Shown: piece after piece, positions 40,421 through 52,460 of the stretch | How positions within the stretch are numbered: the first letter of the stretch is position 1 | How the letters are laid out: each line of letters starts with the position of its first letter | Source of the DNA: Octopus sinensis | Taxonomy: Eukaryota | NCBI RefSeq assembly: GCF_006345805.1 | Contig: NC_043006.1 | Location: forward strand, 21,018,001 to 21,082,000 | Reading direction: 5' to 3' | DNA length: 64,000 nucleotides | Made by a program: the position numbers and the translations under genes | The notes under the pieces: generated by a model | Told to the model about the DNA's origin: nothing | The model's input: only the letters and a program-made list of their open reading frames with translations | Databases searched by the model: none

Positions 40421-40539
40421 TCTTCTTCTTCTTCTTCTTCTTCTCTTCTTCTTCTTCTTCTTCTTCTTCTCCTCCTCCTCCTCCTCCTCCTCCTCCTCCT
40501 TCTTCTTCTGCTTCTTCTTCTTTTCTTCTTCTTCTTCTT

Positions 40540-40570
<31 letters not shown>

Positions 40571-40770
40571 GGTCCGTTGGTACCTTTGAACGGCATATCG
40601 GGCAATCAATAATCGACAATTATCTCCGTCACTGGCCTACCGGTATGCTTCTTCCCAGTTGATGTTCAGTCTGTGTAGGTCTTCTTTGAAGGTACTACGC
40701 TATGTCTTCCTTGGCCAGACTCTCCCCCCCCCCTTACCTTCCTGCGGCATCCAGCCCATGGCTGTTTTTG
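40421..40770 (-). mobile_element. RTE-clade LINE 3' end with expanded (AAG)/(GAG)n tail
   Basis: Minus strand PRKT*RSTFKEDLHRLNINWEEAYR*ASDGDNCRLLI matches the RTE C-terminal pattern GRPRKTW...DL...W.EA...A.DR..WR, followed by a stop and an (AAG)n tail. Confidence 0.8.
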
Positions 40771-41086
40771 GAATTTTTCTTTTTTAAATATTTCTCAAGC
40801 TTGATGTTGCAGGAATTGGAATCACTGATAGGAAATGTTCCAAACCAAGGTTTCGACTTGTCTTACGCAACTAACCACTTCGGCCATTTCCTTCTAACTC
40901 ATTTATTGCTCGATCTTATAAAAATATCTGCGCCTAGTTGCATTATAAATGTTAGTTCTAAGTTACACGGTCCGCTGGATTTAGTTCGCGGTCCGCTGGA
41001 TTTCACCCTTCACGGAGAAGGCTCAAATGCAAAATACAGCAAACTTGAGGGTTACGTCGTGAGTAAATTAGCAAATATCTACCATA

Positions 41087-41319
41087 TATTTCTTTACTAC
41101 CCACAAGGGGCTAAACACAAAGGGGACAAACAAGGACAGATAAACGGATTAAATCGATTATATCGACCCCAGTGCGTAACTGGTACTTATTTAATCGACC
41201 CCGAAAGGATGAAAGGCAAAGTCGACCTCGGCGAAATTTGAACCCAGAACGTAACGCCAGACGAAATACGGCTACGCATTTCTCCCGGCGTGCTAACGTT
41301 TCTGCCAGCTCGCCGCCTT
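41087..41319 (-). mobile_element. SINE family C inserted in the SDR pseudogene
   Basis: 12-bp TSD atatctaccata at 41075-41086 and 41320-41331. Confidence 0.95.
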
Positions 41320-42245
41320 ATATCTACCATAGTCGATTCCTCAGTCAAGAACTTACTGAGACGAAAGTCACCATTAACGCCATGCATCCGGGTCTTACAG
41401 GAACAAACGTAAATAACGTAAATGTGAAGAATCCGGTTAAGCGTAATGTCAACATCATAATCCGTCGTTTGTCTGTTTGGTTAGGTCGTTCACTATAAGA
41501 TGCAGCAAAAACCTTGGTTTATATGGCTATCGAAGCCGAATTGGCCGAAGTAACTGGAGAGTATTTCGAAAACGTTAGCATACAAACAAAAGGTTTGTCT
41601 ATTTATTTAATCTTAAATTGTTTCTTGTGGTAAAAAGCTGGAGGATTCCCAAGTCGTGTTTATATTTCTAACGCGGTGGACACTGCCGGATTGAGTGGTA
41701 CTTCCCAGGTGTCGAAACCATACTGATATCTGTTTGGGCAGCTGGTGTTATGCTGGTTGTGAATTTCTTATATTTAAGTCTTGTTATTCGGATCTTTTCG
41801 GTTTGAACGGCAGTTTTTTCTAGCGGTGTCATATGAAATTGTCACCCATAATTATGACCCTAGTATCGATCTATTGCATTTCAATCTATTTTAGGGTTAG
41901 GGTTAAACGAGAATATTTCGAAAACGTTAGCATACAAACAAAAAGTTTGTTTAATTTAGCTCTTGACAAAGAGCAAGTGAGAAAAATGCGGGAAATTAGT
42001 TTCTTAGCTTGCAAAGATTATTTGGATTTACCTGAAGATATAGCGAAGATAGATATGGGAGCTTTGCAGAAAGACAGTGTACAAAAGAAAGAAGATGCCG
42101 ATAAGGGATTTTCGTCGTCCAAAACTGAAACGAAAACAGATTCAGAAAATAGTTGTTGGCATACATCTAAAGCTCCAAGTGAATCATCCGTACCAACAAA
42201 AGCAGTAGAAGAAGAATCATTGGTAGAAGCAGCAGCCACAGCAGT

Positions 42246-42770
42246 GTGGAGGCGCAATGACCCAGTGGTTAGGGCAGCGGACTCGCGGTCGTAAGAACGC
42301 GGTTTCGATTCCCAGACCGGGCATTGTGAGCGTTTATTGAGCAAAAACACCTAAGCTCCACTAGGCCCCGGCGGAGGGAGGGTGGCAATCCCCGCTGTAC
42401 TCTTTCACCACAACTTTCTTTCACTCTTTCTTCCTGTTTCTGCCTCAAAGGAGAGGAACTATGGTGTGGTAGACTTTCAGACCCTAGTCTAGATTGTGAA
42501 TCCTCTCTACCCCAGAATGGTTCAGCTCTCCACCCGTTAAAAGCCACCGTTTACGGAATGATGATAACAACGTAGCTTTCGCGCCCGTGCAACTGCCAGT
42601 CTATCGCGAGTGGTGGGTGGATCTTCAAGTTGCCACACGCATTCTTAGTAGATTAGGGTAGGCTCGAATTAGAGATTATTGTTTGTGGCTAATGGCGTGA
42701 GTCCTGATTGTAAGAAGAAGAAGAAAAAGAAGGAGAAGGGGGAGGAGGAGGAGGAGGAGAAGAAGGAGGA
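42246..42770 (+). mobile_element. Chimeric SINE B head plus novel body ending in an RTE-like (AAG)n tail
   Basis: B head to ~42440, unrelated body, then ggcgtgagtcctgattgtaagaagaagaag. Interrupts the Ala-rich coding repeat. Confidence 0.75.
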
Positions 42771-43308
42771 TGCTGTCACGGCGACAGCATCAGTAGCGTC
42801 AGCTGAAACAGCAGCCACGGAAATTGACGCAGCATCAGCAGAAGTAGCAGAAACCATTAAAGCTGCGACTGCTGAATCAACGAACGTGTCAGCACCTGAA
42901 ATACATACCATTTCCGAGTCAGATTTACCCACTCCACCTTGTTCTTTCACACCTTCTTCACTCGACGCCATTAATAATAAAAACTTAGAGGAGATTGAAG
43001 ACCTTTCTGCTGACGTTTGTTCTTCGACGAACAAAAGCAAAGAAACAGTACAGGAAGCGATTTACAAACCACTGATACTTCCAGAAATTACTGAGTCAAA
43101 CGAACACTACCCACCACTAGATGGCGATTCTAACTTGAATTGCGACCCATCAAACGCTTGTTCGGATCGTACGAGCAGCAATCGCGAGGACTCTCCTTTA
43201 ATTACCCTTGATGACACTGAAAACTCGGATAACCTTCATGAGGAAGAAACGTTTTAAGAAAAAAGACCTCAATTCAATGTGATTAGAAAAGGAAATATAA
43301 AAGAAACG

Positions 43309-43739
43309 ATGTGAGGTATACTTGCCATCTCAATATGGCTAACCACTAAGGGTGGGTGTTACCGTAGCTTGTAGCCCCAGGAGAACATCGTCTCCAGCTG
43401 GCTTTAGGCACACTTTCTGTGCCCTTATGGTATTTGCAAATGGAGGTGATCCCTCCCTCGTCAACCTAAGTGATACGCACGGACGGCAGTTACTAGGTAT
43501 TGACCTGTCGTCGGCGTACGACAATCACCGGTTTTCGATGGAGGGATGTCCCAATGCAAATACTTTAATCGTTTTTCCAGTAACTTTTCGTCACTGATCT
43601 CGAAAAACTGTATGCAAGCAATAATAAATCTCTGAACGAGGTATAAACAGTAACTGTACGACAATGTGAGGTATACTTGCCATCTCAATATGGCTAACCA
43701 CTAAGGGTGGGTGTTACTGTAGCTTGTAGCCCCAGGAGA
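43309..43739. mobile_element. Unclassified non-coding insertion: 355-bp unit plus 77-bp terminal redundancy
   Basis: Direct repeats at 43309-43385 and 43664-43740 (1 mismatch); 10-bp TSD aaaagaaacg at 43299-43308 and 43740-43749. Confidence 0.9.
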
Positions 43740-45735
43740 AAAAGAAACGTTTCTACAAAATTTCTTTCTTCTTTATTGTTCTTTCTCACCACTTAATCGA
43801 ATATATTCTTCGCACAAGACACACACATACATCAACGCACATGTTTATACATACAAATATTCATAGACACTCACATGTAATTTGAAATGTGCACTGGAAG
43901 GTGTGACATGTTACCAAATGTTTTGAGTAAGGTTGATAAGTTCTACACCTCCGCCCTAAGTCTGACGTAGTTTAACTTCGATTTATATGGCTGTTGACCC
44001 TGAATTGACCGAAGTAACTGAACCGGTAATGTTTCTTAGTAATCTTAATTTATAGCAGAAATAATATTTATAATGAATATAATAAAAGTTGACGATTTTT
44101 AAAATCTCTTTTGTAGCCAAATAATACAATATCACATAAGCATTTTATAAGCATTTAATAATGGTTCTTACTTTCCTGGAAACTCGCCGCGTACTAGCAG
44201 CTGATGGCTCGCGGACCTGCATCAGTCCGCTGACCACCACTTTGGGCAGCATTGGGTTAGATAACTTTTGTTATTACATAAGCCGATAGGCCCTGCTACA
44301 CAACTCAATGTATTCCACACACTTCGTCAACACCACGTCTTCTGTGTTTCTTCCACACACACACACACTTGCATACCTAAATAGCTGCATGTATATATAT
44401 ACATATATACATGCAAACACATACATTTATGCATACACATATGTATGTTATTATTTACGCATTGGATTGGAAGAATTCTTTTATTGTCAAACAAAACTTC
44501 ATGCAATATTTTAAAAAATTTCTGAGTTCATGCTCTGTCGCGATTTCCTTTACCCCTCATCCGCCTGAAAGTAGAGGCCAAGTATTATGGCGGGGCTTGG
44601 GCGATGTAATCGTATAATCCCCTCCTTTCAACATTGCTGGCCTTGTAACCAAATTAGAAATGAGTTAGCACACCTGGAGAAAATTGCAACAGCATTTTGT
44701 CCGTCTTTACGTTCTAAACTCAAATTCCGTCGAGGTCGACTTGGCTTTCATGCTTTCGGTGCCGATGAAATAAGTACCAGTCAAATACTAGGGTCGACGG
44801 AATCGATTTCCCCCTTCCCTCAAAATCTGCTGGCCCTGTGTCAAAGTATGAAACTATTTTATGATGATTATTTTCCAACTCTTCTGATCGTACGTTTTGC
44901 ATAGTCAGTTTGTAATTGCATTTTTGCTTTTTCATTATATCCATAACAAAATAAATTCGTTGCCCAAATATAAAAGCAAAGCTATTTTTCCTTCTTCGGA
45001 GAAGTATTTTCTGTCGTAATTTTATCATATTCTTGATTTAAACGCAAGTCTTCCTGATTCCATCGTCTTTTGCAATAAATTTTTGAATGACGGGTTTCGC
45101 TTCCAGATAGAATAAGACAATAGTTCTTGGAAGGAAAAATGAAATAAAGATTTTTTCCATATGAATGAAGCTTCCAATTAATGAAATGAAAAGCGGTAAA
45201 TATTTATGACTGTCTTCAGTATAATAGAGAAATATGAAAAGCATTCTGTTCCTAATCCCAATCGATATTGCATCCAAAATTCTACTGTGGTCTGTTGAGT
45301 GACAGAACTATTAAGATGTATGTCTTGAAGTATTTCTTTTAAGCGTGTACCTTCCCTGTTCAAATCCTGCCGTAAAATATGACAATTTTTTGGCATGTAA
45401 AAATAGACATGCCAAGTGTTTACGACCTTTTGCGCATGTGCAAATTCTTATTTAGTTAGCTCTCAAATAATATTTTTTTGGAGATTCGCTGTTGATTAAT
45501 TTGATGTCATAAAGGAAATCTGAGAATTTGTACCCTTGTTGACGATAAAATGGCCTGTTCATAACCAAGGACTTCAGTTTTAACCCTTCCTTATTCAAAA
45601 TACCTTTCTACAAATAATCATCATGAGATATCCCATTCTCTTTTCTCGATAGGTAGTGGAAATATTGTAAAAGCTAACGAGAGATGAGTTAAAGTTGCCC
45701 CTGAAGTAAAGATCACCCAAATATATTTTTCATAA

Positions 45736-46121
45736 GTGGAGGCGCAATGGCCCAGTGGTTAGGGCAGCGGACTCGCGGTCATAGGATCGGGGTTTCGATT
45801 CCCAGACCGGGCGTTGTGAGTGTTTATTGAACGAAAACACCTAAAAGCTCCACGAGGCTCCGGCAGGGGATGGTGGTGATCCCTGCTGTACTCTTTCACC
45901 ACAACTTTCTCTCACTCTTACTTCCTGTTTCTGTTGTACCTGTATTTCAAAGGGCCGGCCTTGTCACTCTGTGTCCGCTGAATATCCCCGAGAACTACGT
46001 TAAGGGTGCACGTGTCTGTGGAGTGCTCAGCCACTTACACGTTAATTTCACGAGCAGGCTGTTCCGTTTATTCGGATCAACCGGAACATTCATCGTCGTA
46101 ACCGACGGAGTGCTTCCTCCT
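45736..46121 (+). mobile_element. SINE family B, full length
   Basis: 15-bp TSD atatatttttcataa at 45721-45735 and 46122-46136. Confidence 0.93.
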
Positions 46122-47499
46122 ATATATTTTTCATAAATGGTTTGGAAATTAACAAGAGTCTAATCTTTACATGATATATAATACTGAAATATTTCATAGA
46201 GTGAACAACACTCAACAACATAATTCCGAAGAATATACAAACACAACATCAGTATTACGTTGTCAATGTTTTTTTTATCGAAAAATTAAGATTTGGAATT
46301 TGTATTTCTAAAATAGATGATAACTGTACATAACATGGCAGTTTTCTTTGTTTGTTTTCACATAGCGGAACCCTAATTCTACCCTTTGTCTAGAGTATTT
46401 ATCTTACGGTTCTAGGTGCTTTCTAAAGACCAGCGTAATATGAATTACAGTGGAAGTGGTTATAGTTTCTAAAGACTAGAACATATAGCTTACTGCTTCA
46501 GCATGACCATAATATTTGATTATTTCATCGATGATAATAGATATGTTTCAGAGCATGGGGTTACATCTATTGCTACTCAGTCTGTGGTGTGGTAGATTGG
46601 TGGGTCGTTAGAGCGTCGATGTGTCTTTCGCCTATAGCAAAATATACTTGCCCAAGGTGCGTGTGGGACTACACCCCAAATTACGTGACTGCGAAGTGAA
46701 TTCCTAGTGCGAGGTGAATACACATCTGATTACAGCACTTCACTCCAGGAATTATGGATTTTTACCAACTACAACAGATTTCTATTTAAATAATTTTCAA
46801 TAGAGAATACCTCTTCCCTTGAATACATTAGATATCTGCTTCATAGTTTGGTAGGGATAATAATCTCTGTCGTTTGGGGCGTTATTTCGATTTTTCTCGT
46901 TCTATTTATATTATGCTCATGATGGTTTCTCGTTCGAGGAACCTAGACCAAATTAATGCGAAAAATGAATTTAATGATACAGAGAATAAACAAACAAAAT
47001 AATAAATAAAATACACAAATTATTTTTCATGAATTTACAAATAAAGGATAATATGTTAAAGGTTTGAAAATTTGTACAATACCGTTAAGAAGAACAATAA
47101 TACATTTTGCAAAACGGAAGAAATAAAAAAAAATGTTTTATCAGCGAAAGTTTTCTATAAAGCAGCACCAGATCTAGATTATCTACAGTTTTTTCGTTTA
47201 TCAAGAACTGAGAGACAATGGACATGAGTGGTCTAACGGAAAAGAGTTACATAGCAGGGTTATATGACCACAGAAAATGTCTTCCTGCCTGAGCAAAGAG
47301 GAGGGTGAAATATTTCTGTATATCTAATACACAGGGTTTCTTTCTTATGCTCTCAAAGGATTTATTGGAGGCAAGTACAATGGGTTGTGAAGCGATATCT
47401 CTTCTGTCAGTTGGACTACGGCTTACGGGGTCGCATTTCTGGTGTTCAAAACACAACGGAACAATACAGTAGACTAACTTACAACATAAACCTGCACAT

Positions 47500-47880
47500 G
47501 GGATGGTGTCACTAGAGTCACTTTGAAGAAAATTTGATGTCAGTCCTTGGCAATGGAACCTTTTTTGTTAGAATACGGGTAGGTAGGATGATGAGAAATG
47601 ATATGTAATCCGATGAGTCGAACGTGGGCATGCAGGTGCTAATGACTCCTTAATTGATTAACCACAATGAATTTATATATTTGTGAATGAGGACATTGGT
47701 AATATCACTTCAGCTGATGAAATTGTGTAGATAATCGAGTAGGTGATATGAAGCCTTCTTGTTGCATTATATCATGCACTGAAGTAGTTAAGGATTCTTC
47801 TTAGTATTTACTCATGAATTTTATTAACTTCTGCGTTGATAAGAAATATCGTCCATGGCAGACTTTTAGAAATTCTAGAT
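47500..47880 (-). mobile_element. Possible very old gypsy integrase remnant
   Basis: Minus strand LPW...NYFS and HIISHHPTYPYSN loosely match the integrase motifs PW...DYYS and HxTSSPxYPQSN, in the expected order. Confidence 0.3.
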
Positions 47881-48906
47881 GATCGCATATTTCTCTTTTC
47901 AAATGATGTATTGCTGCAGGTTATATGAAACCATAGACATTTGTCCTTGTTCATAATAGAAAAATGACATTTATACACATATATAAGAACGGCGATTAAG
48001 ATTTGTCATACAGGACTACATTGGAAATATTGCTTGGAAGTAATAGTTAATAAAGTTAATAGATAGTGTTGACGTCTTGAAAGGAGCTGGGACTTAGGGT
48101 TGACAGTATAAGCGTTTGACAATATAATTCTACAGTATCTCGTTTAAAGCTTCGTGATTCTGGAACCATAAAGTTGTCCTCATTTATGGTCTTCAAGAAA
48201 TATGAAAGTATCATTTAAAGTGCGAGTTATTATTAAAATAATCATCCTTGTCTGAATTGGATTTTTTGGAAGCAAATTGAATATAAACTAATGGCTCAGC
48301 TGTCTCCTGTGCTTCAAAGAAAAAAGTTCAGAATCCCGATAATTATTCTTTGATTATCCAACTTACAAATTGACCGACTAAAAGATTTGTGAGGGTATTG
48401 AAACTGTGGAGTGAGAAAGGTTTATATTCATTTGTAATAATGCATGGTAGATAATCAATACTATACGAATTTGAACGAAAATATAATACACTAAGGCTGA
48501 CAGAAAATATATATGAAAACTATATAATAGCTATAGATAGAATATGATGTAGTGCCACTATGTCCTTCTATACATGCTTTTGTGTTGCAAATTTCAATAA
48601 TGTACTGTGAAGAAAGAAATGAGGGAAAACGTAATATATAGAAATAGATAATTACAATACTGTAACGAAGTCTGATGAGAAAAGGAAGAGAACAATTTCT
48701 ATATAATAACAATAAATACAATATGAAATATCGTCAGAGTATTTCCAATGGACGAATCATTGAGCGGTTTCATTTAAACATTATGGTAGCAATAGGCAGA
48801 ATCGTTAGTTTGCCGGTTGAAAAACTTCATTTCTTTCTTTACATTCTGTGTTCAAATTCTATCATGGTCGACGACTTTTTTTTAATCCTTTTTGGTCAAT
48901 AAAATA

Positions 48907-49138
48907 TATTTCTTTACTACCCACAAGGGGCTAAACACAGAGGGGACAAACAAGGACAGACAAAGGGATTAATTCGATTACATCGACCCCAGTGCGAAAC
49001 TGGTACTTAATTTATCGACCCCGAAAGGATGAAAGGCAAAGTCGACCTCGGCGGAATTTGAACTCAGAACGTGACGACAGACGAAATACAGCTACGCATT
49101 TCGCCCGGCGTGCTAACGTTTCTGCCATCTCACCGCCT
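48907..49138 (-). mobile_element. SINE family C monomer
   Basis: Consensus-like; ggtcaataaaata occurs on both flanks. Confidence 0.9.
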
Positions 49139-49469
49139 TTGCGGTCAATAAAATAAGTTCCCGCCGAACACTGCGTCGACGTAATCGACTTACTCCCTTC
49201 TATAAAATTGTTGTCTTTGGGGCCAAAATTTGAAACCACCTGACAGAATCGTTTGTATACCGGACATCCATTTCTTCCAGCTTGCGTTCTGAGTTTGAAT
49301 TCCGCCGAGGTTGGTTTTGCCATTCAATACCAGTCGACAACGTGAAATAATTCTATAAACCATAATAAGCATAAGGCTTGAGATTCTCTGGGAGGGAGCT
49401 AGTCGATCACATTAGCCCCACTGCTCGACCGGTGCATGTTTTATCGATATACATAAAGGGATGAAAGAT

Positions 49470-49498
49470 ATACATACATGCATATATATATATGCATG

Positions 49499-49591
<93 letters not shown>

Positions 49592-49772
49592 ATATATATA
49601 TATTAATATATATATATATATATATATAAGTAATACTAAGCAATAAAGGGTTTAGCAACGAATTGCCTTTATTGCTTAGTATTACTTAAATTTTCCTCGA
49701 ATGAGGCTTTTACATGCCGAAGACTACTTGGTGTAATTGATAATTATTCCAAATTAATTAATTTCACCCTTC

Positions 49773-49810
<38 letters not shown>

Positions 49811-49823
49811 GCATGTATGTATG

Positions 49824-49880
<57 letters not shown>

Positions 49881-49920
49881 CATACATGCATATATATATA
49901 TATGCATGTATGTATATATA

Positions 49921-49981
<61 letters not shown>

Positions 49982-50010
49982 CATACATGCATATATATAT
50001 ATATTATACA
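49470..50010. repeat. (TA)n array with nested palindromes and a 23-bp-arm hairpin insert
   Basis: Perfect arms at 49627-49649 and 49666-49688; repeated palindrome atacatacatgcatat...atatgcatgtatgtat. Confidence 0.9.
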
Positions 50011-50457
50011 TGCACTAGCAGGCATCGCAGGAAACAGATATTGTGATTTTCGAAAGATTTATTTCTAGAAATGAAATAATGTCATATGATGCAATTAAAT
50101 ACTTAATGTAGTACGTAGTCGGCTCACCTAATGCAGTTTTTAGTTGTTTAATCCCGTTTGTACTAATGAATAGTGACCACCCACACGTTTCTCCGTAGCT
50201 TGTTACAAGTAAAATTGCGCAACTCAATAGGTCACGCTCTGTAAGCTATTTCTACAAAATGTCATTTGTTCGGGTAATACACTGCCGAATATTTTCCAGG
50301 TGATAGATACATCGGTAAATATTTCAGTGGCATACATATATTATAAAATGATAACAATGATTGAATAGGATTTAATCACAAATCACAACAATTGTTTCTG
50401 TGCACTAATAACAGCTGTTAGTTATTGAGTTTTCCTATCATATATTTTATTATATAA

Positions 50458-50855
50458 TTTTTATATATAAAAGTGAAGTTGTGTGTCTGTCTTCTACGAT
50501 TTAGATTCCTAACTACTCCCACATTTTGCGGTGCAGTGTAACCAAAAGCGGGTATCTTATAGTCGTGATTCATATCGAGCCCTTCTTGGTATTAGCGCGC
50601 GTCTACGATGAGTCTACGATTTAAAAAAAAATTACCATAATTTTTCCGTATTTTTAATGCATTTTCGCTCGGTTTATATAAGGGAAGTAACTCTCTAAAA
50701 ATGTATTATTAAATCTCAGAACGTAAAAAGCTACAGTAACACCCCCCCCCTTTGTGGTTAGCCATATTGAGATGGCTATTATACTTTACATCTCTAAAAA
50801 TGCTTATATAGTTATTTCCCTTACAAACCCGAGCAACGCCGGGTGATACTGCTAG
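50458..50855 (+). mobile_element. Non-autonomous Helitron
   Basis: Reverse complement of 18819-19209; hairpin cccgagcaacgccggg then CTAG|T. Confidence 0.85.
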
Positions 50856-51115
50856 TATTATATAAAATAATCCAGTATAACTTTGTACTCGCACGCCATC
50901 AGGTGAGTGGCTTTGACAGAGCAGTGATTTTTGTTTAAATCCTGTTCATTTCATCTTCTTCTTTTATAAATTTTTAAATGAATTCTGTGTACAATAACGG
51001 ATTTTCATATGTAAATCCAGTAAAAGGAGATTTTCTGCTGTATGATGGTATATGGTAGCTGATAACCTTAGAGGAGTTTTGAAATGTACTTTATACGGTT
51101 ATTACCTATATATTT

Positions 51116-51150
<35 letters not shown>

Positions 51151-51525
51151 CTTGTGTTTTTATGAATGCTGGTGGGTAGCATCGCTCAAGCTCAGTAAAG
51201 GTTTAAAGATCGTACAACTTCCAGTCATTTTGGTACTCGTCTGTTTAATCTGGTCTACGTCAAGAATAATCGCAATCTACTGGGGAAAACCATTATTTTC
51301 ACACTTTTATTTCTACTTTTGCCATTTATCTATCTAGTCCACCAGCCTAGTCATTGTTTTATAGAGATATTCGCATTCGAATAGCAGCATAAGGTGGAAT
51401 ATGTAGAATATGCATTGCTAATTTAACATTTTAAATATATTTACTGTTTAATCTATATTTAAAAAAAAATTTCAAAAAGTTTCTAACAGAAACTATATTA
51501 TCATCATCATCATCATCATCGCCAA

Positions 51526-51557
<32 letters not shown>

Positions 51558-51592
51558 TATTATTATTATTATTATTATCATCATCATCATTA

Positions 51593-51627
<35 letters not shown>

Positions 51628-51888
51628 TATTATTGCGGCGAGCTGGCAGAATCGCTAGCGCACTGGATGAAATATTTAGCAGTATTTCCGCCCGTTCTGA
51701 GTTCAAATTCCGCCGAAGTCAACTTTGCCTTTCACCCTTTCGGGCTCGATAAAATAAGTACCAGTTGAGCACTGAGGCCGATGTAATCGACTCATTCTCA
51801 CCTCCCCCAAGCTGTCCTTGTGGCAAAAGTTTGAAATAATGATAATAATAATAATAATGATAATAATAATAAGAACAATAATAATAAT

Positions 51889-52460
51889 ATGCCCTGATGC
51901 AGTACCAGGCAGTGGCTCTCATGGCTTCTGATCTTAACTGATTGGAAGTGTTATCATGTACATTGTTTTGTCTTGGTATAAAAGATGGGCTACATCAAAT
52001 ATTCTGCTCAATGCCACAGATTTGCTTGTCAGTTGTTTGACCTTAACCAGTTGAGCATGTCCCTTAGTGGCTGACGATATGTGCATCTCTGATCACGAGC
52101 AGAAGTAGTGGGGGAGCATCATAGCCATGTGTTGAGAAGGATTCTTTGGGGTTTGAATAATTCACCTCTGGAAACATGGGTGTTTCGTTCAACGTCCTTA
52201 AACAACCCTTATTCAGGGACCTTTTGAGCGGGATGGGTTACTCGATCTGAATAAAATTCTAACTGGGCTCCACCTGCAAGGTCATGTGCTGTTTATCTTG
52301 ATATGAGATCACCATGTCGCGCACATATGGTTGTGATGCATGTGCCTGGTGTACCTTTATCAGACGGGTAGTCATGATGGGTATACTGGGCTTCGTATAT
52401 TTTACCCCAGTGTCACTTTGATGGCATGAACTGCTCTCTCACTCAATAATAATAATAATA
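51889..52460 (+). mobile_element. Non-coding element E (~560 bp) embedded in (AAT)n
   Basis: Starts atgccctgatgcagtaccag after (AAT)n and ends ctctctcactc(aat)n. Second copy at 22755-23199. Confidence 0.85.

Larger units (their letters stand above)
40795..43257 (+). pseudogene. Disrupted duplicate of the SDR terminal exon
   Basis: Colinear with 58427-59789 (QGFDLSYATNHFGHFLLTHLLLDL, YVVSKLANI, acidic tail ending HEEETF*). Disablements: altered acceptor, loss of LINN, SINE at 41087-41319, TAA at 41496-41498, inserts at ~41600-41905 and ~42246-42770. Confidence 0.93.

Noticed and set aside
42679-43257. 192-aa ORF as an independent gene
   Set aside because: It starts inside a retroelement tail (poly-K/E from AAG/GAG repeats) and runs into the pseudogene tail; no start context or promoter evidence.
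43309-43385. Twister or HDV-like ribozyme in the 77-bp repeat (ggctacaagc on the minus strand; atggctaa)
   Set aside because: I could not build the required P4/pseudoknot or P1.1 pairings by hand; left open for a covariance-model search.
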